From contig NC_068983.1 in assembly GCF_001194135.2 (NCBI RefSeq), positions 29,203,511 through 29,267,510 on the forward strand: a DNA stretch of 64,000 bases, in the 5' to 3' direction. The notes under the pieces were generated by a model. It searched no databases and was not told the origin of the DNA. It saw nothing but the letters and a program-made list of their open reading frames with translations. A program made the position numbers and the translations under genes. Shown here piece after piece: positions 37,501-51,702 of the stretch. The stretch comes from Octopus bimaculoides (Eukaryota). The first letter of the stretch is position 1. Every line of letters starts with the position of its first letter.

Positions 37501-39723
37501 GCATAAAGGGGTCCTTACATAGCACCAGCACAGGGAATTCTTACATGGTGCTGGCAAGGGTGCGCTTTTACATTTCCACCTGCACAGGTGCTCCTTACAT
37601 GACACCAGTACCCACAGGGTCATCAAGTGGCTTGCAAAACAAAGACATCGCATTTGAGAGAGGGAGAGGAACCGAGAGGAGTGGCCATGTGCCAGGAGAG
37701 AGGTTGTAGTTACAGAGGAGATAAATAAGATTTTAAAATATCGAAATTTCATGGTCCCCTCTCGCATTTTATTTATGAGAAGACAAACAAGTTTGCATCC
37801 ATTTAATTCTTTCTTCACTATGGTGTTTGGCAATATAAAAAGGTGGACAGCATCTTAATTTTTTATTACACACAGCAATTTGTCTACCTACTTTTCAATT
37901 CCCACATATCCACCATCAGGATGTCTTGACACTTCCTCCTATGAGAAGCACTTTATTGATACCAGTTCCACAATGATGCAAGGTAAATGCGACTCTGGTG
38001 GAATTAAAAATTACTACTTGAGGAAGCAAAGCTAAATACTGCAAAGCATTTTGTCTAACACTCTACCAATTTTATCAACCTACAGTCCTTAAAGTATTTT
38101 GTCCAATATCCTACCAATTTTCTGTAAATATGAAAGACAGGATGGTCATGGCTATAAGAAACATCATAACTGAGCAGAATTTGGCACTCCGTTGCTTACG
38201 ACGTCAAGGGTTCCAGTTGATCCGATCAACGGAACAGCCTGCTCATGAAATTAACTTGCAAGTGGCTGAGCATTCCACAGACACATGTACCCTTAACGTA
38301 GTTCTTGAGGATATTCAGCGTGACACAGTGTGACAAGGCTGACCCTTTGAATTACAGGCACAACAGAAACAGGAAGTAAGAGTGAGAGAAAGTTGTGGTG
38401 AAAGAGTACAGCAGGGTTCACCACCATCCCCTGCCGGAGCCTCGTGGAGCACTAGGTGTTTTCGCTCAATAAACACTCACAACAAATGGTCTGGGAATCA
38501 AAACCGTGAGTCCGCTGCCCTAACCACTGGGCCATTGCGCCTCCTCTGAGCAAAAGTAGAAGAAAAGAAACAGACAAACAATAACAGGCACAGAGAATGT
38601 ATTTATATTAAAAGTTACATATACAAATTACATGAAGTCTTATCTTTACAGCTGTTTCAGATAATCAATGACTTGCATGAAGGGAGTCCAATAATGAGTT
38701 GGTATTGAAGGAAAAGTATCAACAAATACAGATTTTGATAGTTCCATGCAGCAACATCATGATGTGTTCATAACTGTATATGATATATGACAGGTTTCTT
38801 TCAGTCTAACCAAATCTACTTACAAGGATTTCATTAGCACAAGGACAAACAAGAAGACATTTACTCAAAGCACCACATAGTGGGACCAAACCAGAAACCA
38901 CATGGTTAGGAAGCAAACTTCATGACCACACAGCCGTAACTCATTTTATAACAAAACCCAAGACACGTGTTCACCAAATGTAACAGCTAAATTCCAAACC
39001 TTTACAACTAAACATTTCCTCGTTTTATTTATCAGTTGAATGGGAAATATTTTAATAAAGCATGGGATATTTTAGATTTAAAAAACACACACACACACAC
39101 ACACACGCGCATACACACAAAAACTCTTTTTATTTTTAATCTTTTGTCAGCCAAAACAGGAAATGTCTATTTTTATTCAGGATATTATCTCAGTAGTAAA
39201 TTATTCAAACTGTCTACTTGTTTAACCTACAGTGAGACCTAATCGAGTTGACTTATGATCATAAGATTCCAACAATGACCATCCCATCTACTTAAGGTTA
39301 TGTAGGATATTTTCTAGTGTTTGTTGCTGATTTAAGAATGTGATTAAAGAGAAATTTGGCTGCTCTTTCTAACACCTCAAACAACCATTCAGTGACTTTC
39401 TGGTTAGCATGTTTATTAATGGTGGTTATTTTGACCCAGGTGGGCACTGACTGAGTGAACCTATAATCAAAGGTATTCCAGCCATGACTATTCCATCTTC
39501 CTACGATGTTTTCTGATGTGTTTGTTCCTTATTTAAGACAGTAAGGTGCAATTTGAGGGAAGTTTGCTGCTATCTCTAGTAACTCAAATGGCTACATACT
39601 AGCTCCCTGGTTTACTTGTTTAGTGAGTTGTTGCTATACCCCAAGTGATCCTTAATCAAGTCAACCTTTTAACCAAAGACATTCTATAAGACAACTCAGA
39701 CACATGCACACACACACACTTTC

Positions 39724-39774
<51 letters not shown>

Positions 39775-40110
39775 AGTTCTCTCAACATATGAAACTATTA
39801 GTACTTTATAGTACTTTAATACATGTATTGTGACCATTAAATAATGATATTCATCTCTCACCAGATGGGGTACTTTTTTTGTTAAATTTTCTATCAGTTC
39901 AGTACTTATATATGTGTGTGTGTGTGTGTAGAAGTAATGTTTATTGCCACCTAAATGTGGGTGTTCTCTTAGAACAGACAATTCTTCTATCTTAATGAAC
40001 TAGTTTACTATATGTGTATGTGTAAATATAAGCTATACAGCTCACCATTTTACACACATACTGTGTTTCCATATATATATATATGTGTGTGTGTATATAT
40101 ATATATAAAA

Positions 40111-40193
<83 letters not shown>

Positions 40194-41232
40194 CAATTAT
40201 GCAGATAAACAAATTAGGTATATTAAATATAACAGTTTGAGTATGAAACACAAAATATGTATATATGTATACATGCAGTATCCAAGTTTGAATCATTTGA
40301 GCACTACTAAGTGTCTTCTATACCAGTGCTCCGCAACTGGTATGCCCTAGCACACTGCTGTGCCACAAGACGATGCTAGGTGTGCCGCAGTGTAACCTAA
40401 ATATAATTTTCCCCCTATACTTTTAGTTATATTTGTAATCTAGGTGTGCTGCCAAATTTTGAAAAGAATAGAAGTTGTTGCTATTATGTGAAATTGTCGT
40501 AAGTTGAAAACTTTGCTTTTTCAGAAAACGTAAATATAGTTTCACCATTCCATTTCTTTTGGCAATAGCAACAGTTTTAGCTTAACAATAATACTTTGTT
40601 GGGTGCATAAAATCCTAACTCCATGTATGTATGATATTTTCAGTCAGAAATATTTTGGCAAAACTGTCATATGTGGGACTTGCTACACTTTTGAAAAATG
40701 CTATACTGTCATACAATTTTCATATCTTGGCATCTGAAGCAGCTGGAGATATGATAGTTTGACCAAAAGAACCAGCTACTGGAAGCAAAATTAAATATTG
40801 GGAAAAAAAAAAAAAAATGCATTTAGTCAAATTTGCACATACGACAATTTAAGATAATAGTAATGTACCGCAAGTGAAAAAAGGTTACAGAGCACTGTTC
40901 TATAATGAGAATCTCATTTGTTGGCTATATATATNNNNNNNNNNNNNNNNNNNNNNNNNNNNNNNNNNNNNNNNNNNNNNNNNNNNNNNNNNNNNNNNNN
41001 NNNNNNNNNNNNNNNNNNNNNNNNNNNNNNNNNNNNNNNNNNNNNNNNNNNNNNNNNNNNNNNNNNNNNNNNNNNNNNNNNNNNNNNNNNNNNNNNNNNN
41101 NNNNNNNNNNNNNNNNNNNNNNNNNNNNNNNNNNNNNNNNNNNNNNNNNNNNNNNNNNNNNNNNNNNNNNNNNNNNNNNNNNNNNNNNNNNNNNNNNNNN
41201 NNNNNNNNNNNNNNNNNNNNNNNNNNNNNNNN

Positions 41233-41267
<35 letters not shown>

Positions 41268-42453
41268 AGTTGTATACTGCCAACTTAACATGACAATCCC
41301 AGTAAGGGAATGCACTACTGCTGTTTAGCCCTAGGAAGCCAGACCGCTTCCTATTAGGCCTTGACACACTTTCTGTGCCCTTATCCATACAAAGGGGAGA
41401 CAAACTCCTCCAACCAGCCCAGCCTGCATTCAGGGACATGTTTCTGAGTCTTTGCTCGTCATCAGCCTGAAGTAGCATGGCGGGCTAGCTGAAGAAATCT
41501 GTCTAAACTTTGTATGGATATACTATATATTAAACAACATATTGTTACAGATATAACCTATGTTTTCATCTATATATATTACATACACATATTGTGTTTT
41601 CATATATATATGTTATTAAACAACTCACTCTTACAAATATATACATACACAACTATACCTACCACTAATAATGTATAGAATTGTTATTTCTGTAATTTGA
41701 TATTTGTCTATTTTTTTTAAATAGTGATGGAGAAGTGAAGCAGTTATTTGGGATATACCATGGCCCGACATTCTCTCTATCAGTACTGCTTAAGTAACAT
41801 TCATTATTTCTTCTTTTTTGGCCCCATAATAAAGATCATCAACTGAATGGCTCTATATCTTCTAAATCTTGTATTGTTTCATCTATGATGATGCCCAGGC
41901 TGTCCTTGGGTGCAATCAGTAGCCCGTCTTTAACCAGAGAAATGATGGTCCCAATTTCAAAGAAAAATCGCAGGTGAACTTCTATATGGTCAATCGATTT
42001 GCTAAAAATAGCAGCCAAATCTTCCTCAAATAATGCTTTGCCCTCTTAGAATAACATGGCACCTTGGACAAATGTCTTTACTGTAGCCTCAAGCCTTGCC
42101 TATTGTGTATATGTGTGTGTGTCGTATGTGTGTTTGTCCCCTCCACCACTTGACAACCAGTGTTGGTTTGTTTACATCCTCATAACTTAGTGGTTCACCA
42201 AAAGAGACCAATAGAATAAGTACCAGGATTAAAAAAATAAGTACTGGGGTCGATTCATTTGACTAAAATTCTTCAAGGTAGTGCCCCAGCATGGCCACAG
42301 TCTAATGACTGGTAACAAGCAAAAGATAAAAGATACAAAAAAATATCTATGTGTACAAAACATTAAAAAGATAAGTAGTAGGAGGGAATCACATAACATC
42401 TGTCTATCAGCTGTGCTACTCACAAAACTCAGCTTCTAGCTTACCATAAAAGC

Positions 42454-43620
42454 CAGTGGTTCTCAACTAGGGTCTATACGGCCCCTGAGGGTAGGGCTGT
42501 GGAGTCGAAACAAAAAACTTTGACTCCGACTCCTCTACTATTGGCACCTCCGACTCCAACTCCTCTTTAAGTAATTAAGTGATTGTGGTCTACATATCTC
42601 ATAAAGCATATGCATACACTTGTACTTTGAGCAGGCCCATATGTTATGACTAGTTTATATTAACCCCATTACCTACCAGTGATCTCATATGAGATCACTT
42701 AAAAATTACAAATTTCATAATTATCTGTCAATATTTACACATACCTAACCTTTTTGCTACTAGGTATATTTCTCTGATATTCAAATGAGGTTTGCTAATT
42801 TTTCACCCAATATCTCGATTATTTCTATTTAAAATGTTATTTTGAAATGTTATTTTGATCATTCCAGCGTGTTTCTAAGGCTGTTTTATGTTAGAAATCA
42901 AAGTTTCATAAAAAAATTCCAGTTAATAGAATTACGGGAGGCAATGGGTTAAGAGACAAGTATGTGAGAATCATGATTGCAGATAACTGGCCAAACCTAT
43001 GGTGTATTAGATAATAGTTATATTCACTCTCCTACATGGTGCTGAAACTTGGACAAGTTATATGCTACATCTTCTGAAAATATATCACTAGAGCTGTTTG
43101 AAGAAAATCAGGCATATCTAGTGACATAATAGGTAGAATAAATGTCAGTATACTTGAACGAGCCAGTATCTTCTACAGTTAAAGTTTCATAAAAAAAAAA
43201 TTCCAGTTAATAGAATTATGGGAGGTAATGGGTTAAAGAATAAAGATATTATGAGTCAGAGTCGGAGTCGGTAAAACTATACCGACCCCGACTCCAGAGC
43301 CCTGCCTGAGAGTCCATATAAGATTTGGGGGTATCTACACAACAAATTAGAAAATTGGAGATCCACAATAGTATCTTAAGGACCCCTGCAAAAATTTTGC
43401 TTTAGATATAAGTATTTGTAGTATTACAAGAAAGGGCCAGGCTTCTTAAACATTTTACATAGTTCAACCTGCACGAGTTAATGTATGAAAAACAAAATAG
43501 GAATTTTCAAAGAAGTTTCTATAAAGCTAGTTTTTAACATCGAATGGCTATGCAGGGTCCACCAGAATAAACTAGTAATCAAAGGGGTCCATAGAGAAAA
43601 AAAATGGTTGAGAACCCCTA
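42454..43620. mobile_element. hAT (Charlie-like) MITE carrying a nested element
   Basis: TIRs CAGTGGTTCTCAAC / GTTGAGAACCCCTA; flanks ATAAAAGC / ATATATGC resemble a decayed 8-bp TSD. Confidence 0.7.
42492..43304. mobile_element. Nested hAT-type non-autonomous element
   Basis: TIRs TAGGGCTGTGGAGTCG / CGACTCCAGAGCCCTG; 8-bp TSD CCTGAGGG / CCTGAGAG; subterminal GACTCC repeats. Confidence 0.8.
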
Positions 43621-45299
43621 ATATATGCCCTTCTTTAGTCATGATTGAGTAGATTTTTAGTCATAAACTTAATCAGACCTAACTGAGGAAGTAGAGAGGA
43701 GTTAAAACAACAATAACAATAACAGTAACAATGGTAATTGTAATACTATAAAAGAAATATTTGATAGAAATCACTTACATGTTTTCTCGAAAGCCAATAT
43801 GCCAGAATGGCATTGTTAAAACAGCTTTACAAAATTAGACAAGGTAACATATAGGATTCTCAAAATTGTTTGTTAGTCACCAACCTTGCTTGTATTCTTT
43901 CTACCCTAGTTGTAGTATCAGCAGCAGCTGCTGTACCAGTCCTAACCTGCTCCTAAGCAGCCACCCAGTTGTTTTTTCATCACAGGAGAATTGCAATCAT
44001 TTACTTGAGGGAGAAAGTCAACTTAACGTTAACCGCTAACAGGATGAACTGGGGGAGACAACTCTTAAAGTACTTATTTTTGATGTTGTTTAGCATCTAG
44101 GTTAGCCATGATAGAACAGTCCTATGATCAAAGGACTTCCAGATACGACCATCCCCCTTTACCTAATATGTAAAGAACCCAGGACCATGTTATTCAGTGT
44201 GTTCTTTAAGATGGTAGTGATTTGAGAGAATCTGACTGCTATTTCTAGCCTGCCAAGCAACCACATCAAGGTTCCTTCTTTGGTTTATAAAACGCTACCT
44301 TGGTTGTTGAGGAGGTTCAATAAGACTGAAACATAAACAGTTCAGCCAAAGACCAATGACTAATATTGTCATTTTTTTCTTTATAACATAATTATTTCTA
44401 CTTAGATTTTTTAAATGCATTCTACATTAAATATATTCATACAAAGGTTTTATTTTTCATGTACATAGCATCTTTGAGTCAGACCCTCAGCTATGTATTT
44501 TTTTTAAAGATGCTAATTTCTCACACTTTTTTTATGCAATGTTGTACGTCTGTTTAGTGACTCTCATTACTACTTTGGTTAATTCAATAAAAAAAACTGA
44601 TTTGCTGAGGAGATCTAAATAAAACCGAAATATGTCTGGAGTTGTCTCCTACTTGTTTCAATCGCTGGAATGTGCCATGCTGGAGCACCACCTTGGAGGG
44701 TTCAGTAAAACAAACCAGCTACAGAATATACCTTTTTTTAAAGGTTTAGTACATATTCTATCAGTCTTTTTTGCCAAACTACTAAGTTATGGGAATGTAA
44801 AAAAACCTACACTGGTTGTCAAGCAGTTGGAGGGAGGGACATGCATAAAGATACACGTGTGTATCTGATGTGTACAGCTTCTATCTACCAAATTCACTCA
44901 TATTTACCAACCCAGGGCTATAGTAGAAGACACTTGCCCAAAGTGCAGTACAGTGGGACTGAACCCAAGACCACATTGTTCGAGTGTGATCGTTACCAGC
45001 GTCGCCTTCCTGGCACTTGTGCCGGTGGCACGTGAAAAGTCATTCGAGCGAGATCGTTGCCAGTGCCGCTGGACTGGCTCCTGTGCAGGCGGCATGTGAA
45101 AGTCAATAAGCAAAAGAAATCAAATTTCTAATTTCAAGATACAAGGATTTCTTAGAATAAAGGGCCTATGTTTTGAAAAGGGAAGATGTACATGGGGTTG
45201 CATTGTAATCGTGTCTTTCATAATAGCATTTCCCATATATAGTCAACTAAATGTATAAAACCAGGGACCAAAACTAAATTGAGTTGGTCAATATACAGT

Positions 45300-45910
45300 T
45301 TAAACTGTATATTAACCATAGAGCTAACTGACTGAGCAGACGTTCCAACAATGACCATCCCGTCTATTCTTTTAATATACCATATTACAAGACTACATTA
45401 CGCAATGCATCCTTTTTTAGGAGGGTAAGGTGTTATTTTGCCTGCTATTTCTAGTAGACTGAGGATAATGTGAAATTTAGTTGCTTTTGATGTTTATCCC
45501 CAGATCAATTATGATCAACGACGTTCGAACCGTGACTGTCCCACCTTTTCATATAATGTACCTAGGATATTATTCAACGTAATTTTTAAAATACAGTATG
45601 GTTGATGTGACTCCTATTTCTAGTAGATCAAGCAACTACTTAGAGGCTCGTCTGGGAGGTTTAATTCGTTTTATCTCCAGATCAATTTTTATTCAACGGC
45701 GTTCCAACCGTGACCATGCCGTTTTTCATATAACATATCAAGGATTATTTTATCCAACATGTCTTTCTTACGACGGTAGTATGTAATTTGAGGCATATAA
45801 GTCACTATTTTTAGCAAGTCGATTGACCATCTGATTTTGGAAACCAAGAGAATTCTAGCAATGAGATTAAAAATGGTGCTTTGGCAGCTATTTTTAGCAG
45901 GTCGAGCAAG
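45300..45910 (+). repeat. Tandem ~180-bp units of family F
   Basis: GTTCCAAC..TGACC marker at ~45342, ~45522, ~45701, each followed by GCTATTTCTAG-like motifs. Confidence 0.7.
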
Positions 45911-47824
45911 CCTGTAAGCCGAGTCTCATGTCATTGGTTTTATGGAGATGAGTTTCATTAACGTGACAGAATAATAAAAATCACTTGCCTCTATGTGGTC
46001 ACTTCCTATGCTAGAAATCGCAGTCAGATTCCCCCTCAAATTTCACTCTATCGAAGAAAAAAAATTCCAGGCTTAGGCTGTGTGGTAAGAAGCTTGCTTC
46101 CCAATCACATGATACTAGGTTCACTCCCACAGCATGGCACCCTGTGTAAATATCTTCTACTATAGCCTCGAGCCGACCAAAGCCTTGTGAGTGCATTTGG
46201 TAGATGTAAACTGAAAGAAGCTAGCTGTATATGTAGTGTACACAGACACACACACACATATATATATCCACTGCTTGACAAGTATTACAGGTAACTTCAC
46301 CGCCATCAATTCACCGTGAGGAAAGTTTACCGAGAAAATATATCCATAGTATTTCACTAATAATACCGAACACGCTTGACAAGTAGTGTTGGCATGTTAA
46401 CGTCCCCGTAACTTAGTGGTTCGGCAAAAAAAATAAAAGACTGATAGAATAAGTATTAAAAGAATTAGTACTGGGGTCGATTCGTTCGACTAAAACCCTT
46501 CAAGGCGATGCCCCAGCATGGTCGCAGTTCACTGACTGCTACAAGTAAACGATCAAAGACACTTAAGACGAGAGTTAAAAGTCTGCTCAATCAGAAGTGA
46601 CTTAAAATTAAACAACAGCAAAAGAGATCATTATGAAATACAATACCCTCTTTGATTTATACGTGGAAGATTAATGTAGGCAACATGAACTTGTCCAACA
46701 AGTCTGCAGACTTGTTTTTGATCAAGTTGGTCATGTCATCATTCCATTTATCAACCGATGTAACTAGCTAGGGATAGACAACTAACCGTTGACATGGTGA
46801 TATGGATATTGTCATATTGTATGTATACCACAAACAGAGAATACAAAGGAAAGTTATAGACATTTTCTAGGAAAAGAAATACAAAAAATATATAACGTGA
46901 ATGACAAGTTTCTTGTAAAAATGAAATTAAGTAGGAAATTTGAAAAACAAAAATAACACGGCGGATGGGAGAACTTAAACGTACATTCACACACACACAT
47001 ATAAATACTTACATCTATCTATCTATTTGTCTATCTCTCTATCTGTCTATCTCTCTCTCTATCTATCTATGCATACATACAATAATCAGTAAATAAATTT
47101 CCGTTTTCATGTGCATACACATTCACATGAGCACAGTAAATTAGATTTCAACATACACACAAATACACACACACACAGATTTTGAGACATGCACACACAC
47201 ACACAGATTTTGATACACGTATACATTTGTACACTGGCAAAGACACACCAGTAAATTAACATTTTAATACACACACACACACACACACAATAAACTATAA
47301 TACATTTTAATAAATATACATACGTATACATTGACATACATAGAAACACACCAGTAAATTTGATTTTAAAACACGTGTATAGTATGCTCATAATAATAAT
47401 AATGATGAATCATATATATTCAACACTGATACACAAATGCATAATTATAGACATAAGCAAAAAGTTACACATGCAAGGTGCAATGACAGATACAAGCAGA
47501 ATCACATATAGATACACGAGCACTCACAAAGACAATTTGGGGGGACAAAAAAGGTATTCAACTCTTTGAGTGTCACCCGTCACTTTTTTCGTGTGTGTAA
47601 CGCTCGTTTACTTAGTTATTGAGTTAACCCCTAATTTCACAGATTCACAAAAAAGCTAGATGGTTTACTGTAACACGTCATGCTTGTTACCAACAGAAAA
47701 AAAGTCTTTAATGACTAGTATAAGACATTTAAAGGGGAAAAAGTTCTTAATAAAAAGATTAAGAAATATTAATAGTGAAATAGCTCTTAAATATCTGTGT
47801 GAAAATTAGATGAAAGCCAATTAC

Positions 47825-48080
47825 CTTGAGGAGCAGAGAGGTTTCAGTAAATTGTCAACTTGCTTTTCTTTCTGTAAGCAACAACCAATGTAAACAAGAG
47901 CTAACTGCTTCCCAATCGCTTAATTTTCTCCTTTTTACGATATCTAGTAGCAATTCAGCTTCTTATCTTTTTCTCAAGCTAAATCAGTCACCTTATTTCC
48001 CGCCTTGCAACTGGACTCCTCAGTAAAGTAAAAAGCAAGACTTGAAAGGCAGCATACATTCTTCCCAGCTATGCCCTACA
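47825..48080 (-). other. Candidate 5' UTR exon of the minus-strand gene
   Basis: Good donor AAG|GTAATT at 47825/47824; unique sequence with stops in all three minus frames; lies near the CpG-decay transition. Upstream boundary unknown. Confidence 0.3.
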
Positions 48081-51000
48081 CTCAACAATTATATATAAAT
48101 ATATATATCTACACTGTTGAAATATCACCCTCGCATGCTGTCAAGACTTGATGCTGCTTCCAGTGAAGATTTAAAGCACAAAAAATCTCTCGATATTGTA
48201 TCGTTGTGACAGAGAAAGTGGTCTCTATGTGAATGGCTGGCTAAACAAGCTACCGTTCAATGAAAGTTTGAAAGAGAAACTTCCTGAACTTTAAGCATGC
48301 CGTGTTCGGGTAAAGTGTTTCCTTTGAACGTAATTGTCCACGTTGTTTATGTTTACAACACCAAGCCTTCTCTGACATTAGTGGTCTCTTTCTCGCCTTC
48401 CTTCTCTTTCTTCCTCCCTCTAAGTCTCTCATTCTTTCTCTCTCCTTCCGCACTCTTTTTCTTTCTCTCTCTCTCTCTCTCTCCCTCTTCTCTACACTCT
48501 ATTGTTCCCTCTCTACCTCAGTCTAATTTTGTATCTCTTTCTTTCACTCTCTCCCACTCTTTTCATTCTCTTTCTCTCTGGGTATATAATTGTGCGTATG
48601 TGGGCGCGCACACCGCTGTAAGACTGTACCATGCATTATATACAACTGATATTCGCAGTTCGTAGCAATTGTATCAACCGAAGCATAGATGAAAACCCAC
48701 AAATCTATAAAACTGAATGTTATAAACAAACTAAAAAAAACAAACACTTCAAATTTAGATCCATTTTTCCCTCTCTCCTCCTCTGCCATAAAATATAAAT
48801 AAAATGCTCATATTGTGTTACGTGAAGTGGTAACATCTGTGAGCGTTAATGCAGCAGTCCATATAAACTGTTAATATAGAAAATATACAGAGTAGATAGA
48901 CGAATTAAAACTAGATCTAAATTTAAACAGTTCGTATTTTCATTTCATTTAAAACATTTAATTTTATAAGTTTGCGGCTTCCGTCCGTACTTCTGTTTGA
49001 AGCCAACACAGAACGAATTGCGAACACGAGTGCGCACTCACACCTGGATATAAAGATACTTATTTTGACAGACAAACACGGGCATACCTCAACTTACGTT
49101 GTTTCAAGTTACGTTTTTTTTTAACTTTATGTCGTTTGGGGTAGGATGTAAGAAATTACTGGGAAAAATGAACGTCAACTTCAGTTGATTTATCCGACCA
49201 TACGTCGGTCTCAGCGAATATATTTAGAAGCATAAAGATTTTTTTTTTAATATTTTAAAACCAATACTGAAGTGGAAAATCGAATAAAACACATGTGAAA
49301 ATGTGTACAAATTATTTATTAAAACAGATAAAAGCTAATAATTTTTGTTTTATTCATTTATATACGATTTTTTTACGTTTCATGGTTTTTTGAGTTAAGT
49401 CTCTTGGAAACAATTACTGACATAAGTTGAGATATGCCTCATATACCAGAGCAGAGAATCTGTATTAGTAAGCTGCGTGCATGATGCGAGAAATTTAATA
49501 TAAAACTGTTAGTATCATTCGGAGTGGATAATATTTAACTAGAATGAGTTTGTGTAAGAGAGAGGGAGAGAAAAAAAGAGGATAAAAATATATAACGAAG
49601 TTTTAAGTGGAAAATTGGAGGTCGTATTAACTTCGAAATCGCATTGTAACTCCTTGTGTAAATACGTTGAGTAGAAGATTTATGAAATACATGGAATACG
49701 TAACCACATTTACTACGAAAATGGTTATAAATATCAAAGTAAAAGTAAAATATATAAATGACATATAATGACGTGTGTTCATATGTGTAATTTGTCCGAG
49801 GTTTCATAAGTCAGAAGAAAGTGCACACGCAATATAAGGTAGAGTGAGTACATTATTTATGTAGTATCATAAATTTAACTCCGAATACGGTCAAAAGTTA
49901 CAGAACAGTTTCGTAAGTAATTTAGCTGTTCTGTTAGGGAAGAGTACTGATTTATGAAACTCTCCAGTGACTTTTAGTCGTATATGGAGCCAAACTTAAA
50001 ACCTGTATATTATATATACATAATATGAATCCTTATAAATGAATGGTATATATATACATATTATATACAGAATGCTTCGATATACGAGTTAATTTGTTCC
50101 CAGCGACTGCTCGTAAAGCGAGAATTCGTAAAGGAGAGCAATAATTTCCGATAGTAACAATGTTATAAATCCCAATTCGTTCCCAGAAAAACATTTTACC
50201 GATAAAACTTATAATACTCGTAACTAAATGCGAATATTTCATGTAAAGTAAAAAGAATGTCAAGATCATTTATAATAAAAAAAAATATTATTTTAATAGT
50301 TTTCTGGAACACTTTTATTCGCACTAGACTCACGCACACTAACTTGTAGACGCGATCACCGATTCACAAGCACTCGTAGACGGACTTGTAGATTTCTTTT
50401 TTTTTAAATAAGTCTAAAGTTGTTAGCATAGAAGAAGCTTTGTTTCGCTCTCTATAAATTTCTCGATAACACGCAGAAGCATTTGTTATGGCAGTAGTAG
50501 AAAATGTTGCACTTCGCTCAAAATTTGAATCTTGTGCTTGAAAAATAAAACTCGTAAACCCGGGATTTCGTAAAGTGAGGCATTACTTTTATATTATCTT
50601 ATTCTTTTATTTCTCTCAGTCATTTGACCGCGGCCATGCTGGAGCACCGCCTTTAGTCGAGCAAATCGACCCCAGAACTTATTCTTTGTAAGCCTAGTAC
50701 TTATTCTATCGATCTCTTTTGCCGAACCGCTAAGTTACGGAGACGGAAACACACTAGCACCGGTTGTCAAGCGATATTAGGGGAACAAACACAGACACGC
50801 AAACATACACACACGCATGCATNNNNNNNNNNNNNNNNNNNNNNNNNNNNNNNNNNNNNNNNNNNNNNNNNNNNNNNNNNNNNNNNNNNNNNNNNNNNNN
50901 NNNNNNNNNNNNNNNNNNNNNNNNNNNNNNNNNNNNNNNNNNNNNNNNNNNNNNNNNNNNNNNNNNNNNNNNNNNNNNNNNNNNNNNNNNNNNNNNNNNN

Positions 51001-51556
51001 NNNNNNNNNNNNNNNNNNNNNNNNNNNNNNNNNNNNNNNNNNNNNNNNNNNNNNNNNNNNNNNNNNNNNNNNNNNNNNNNNNNNNNNNNNNNNNNNNNNN
51101 NNNNNNNNNNNNNNNNNNNNNNNNNNNNNNNNNNNNNNNNNNNNNNNNNNNNNNNNNNNNNNNNNNNNNNNNNNNNNNNNNNNNNNNNNNNNNNNNNNNN
51201 NNNNNNNNNNNNNNNNNNNNNNNNNNNNNNNNNNNNNNNNNNNNNNNNNNNNNNNNNNNNNNNNNNNNNNNNNNNNNNNNNNNNNNNNNNNNNNNNNNTG
51301 TGTGGAGTTTTCAGGACATTTCTATAAAGAGAAAGTTAGCCTTACAGCTGTTTCTGGGATATTAGGGGTATCCTTTCATCAGAGACGATGTGAGATGGTT
51401 AAGTAGAGGGGAATATTAGAGTTCAATATGAGGAATTATTTTGGAAAAGGAAGCAAATAAGGATTATATAGGGAAATAGGAGAATGAATGTAGAAATAAA
51501 AATTAAAATGTTTAAAGTTATAGTTGCATTTCCATTGTCCAAGGAAATTGGTTTAT

Positions 51557-51702
51557 ATACGACCGACACTTGTTTTTGCTACATAGAGAATTAGCGGCTG
51601 CATTTGCAACCAGCTATTTTCAACTATACACCTTTATTCAAGGTATGTCCACAAATGTGGTTCGCTAATTCTCTGTGCAGCAGAAACACGTATGGGTCGC
51701 AT
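51557..51702. mobile_element. Old MITE with ~40-bp imperfect inverted arms
   Basis: ...TTTTTGCTACATAGAGAATTAGCG / CGCTAATTCTCTGTGCAGCAGAAA... Confidence 0.55.
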
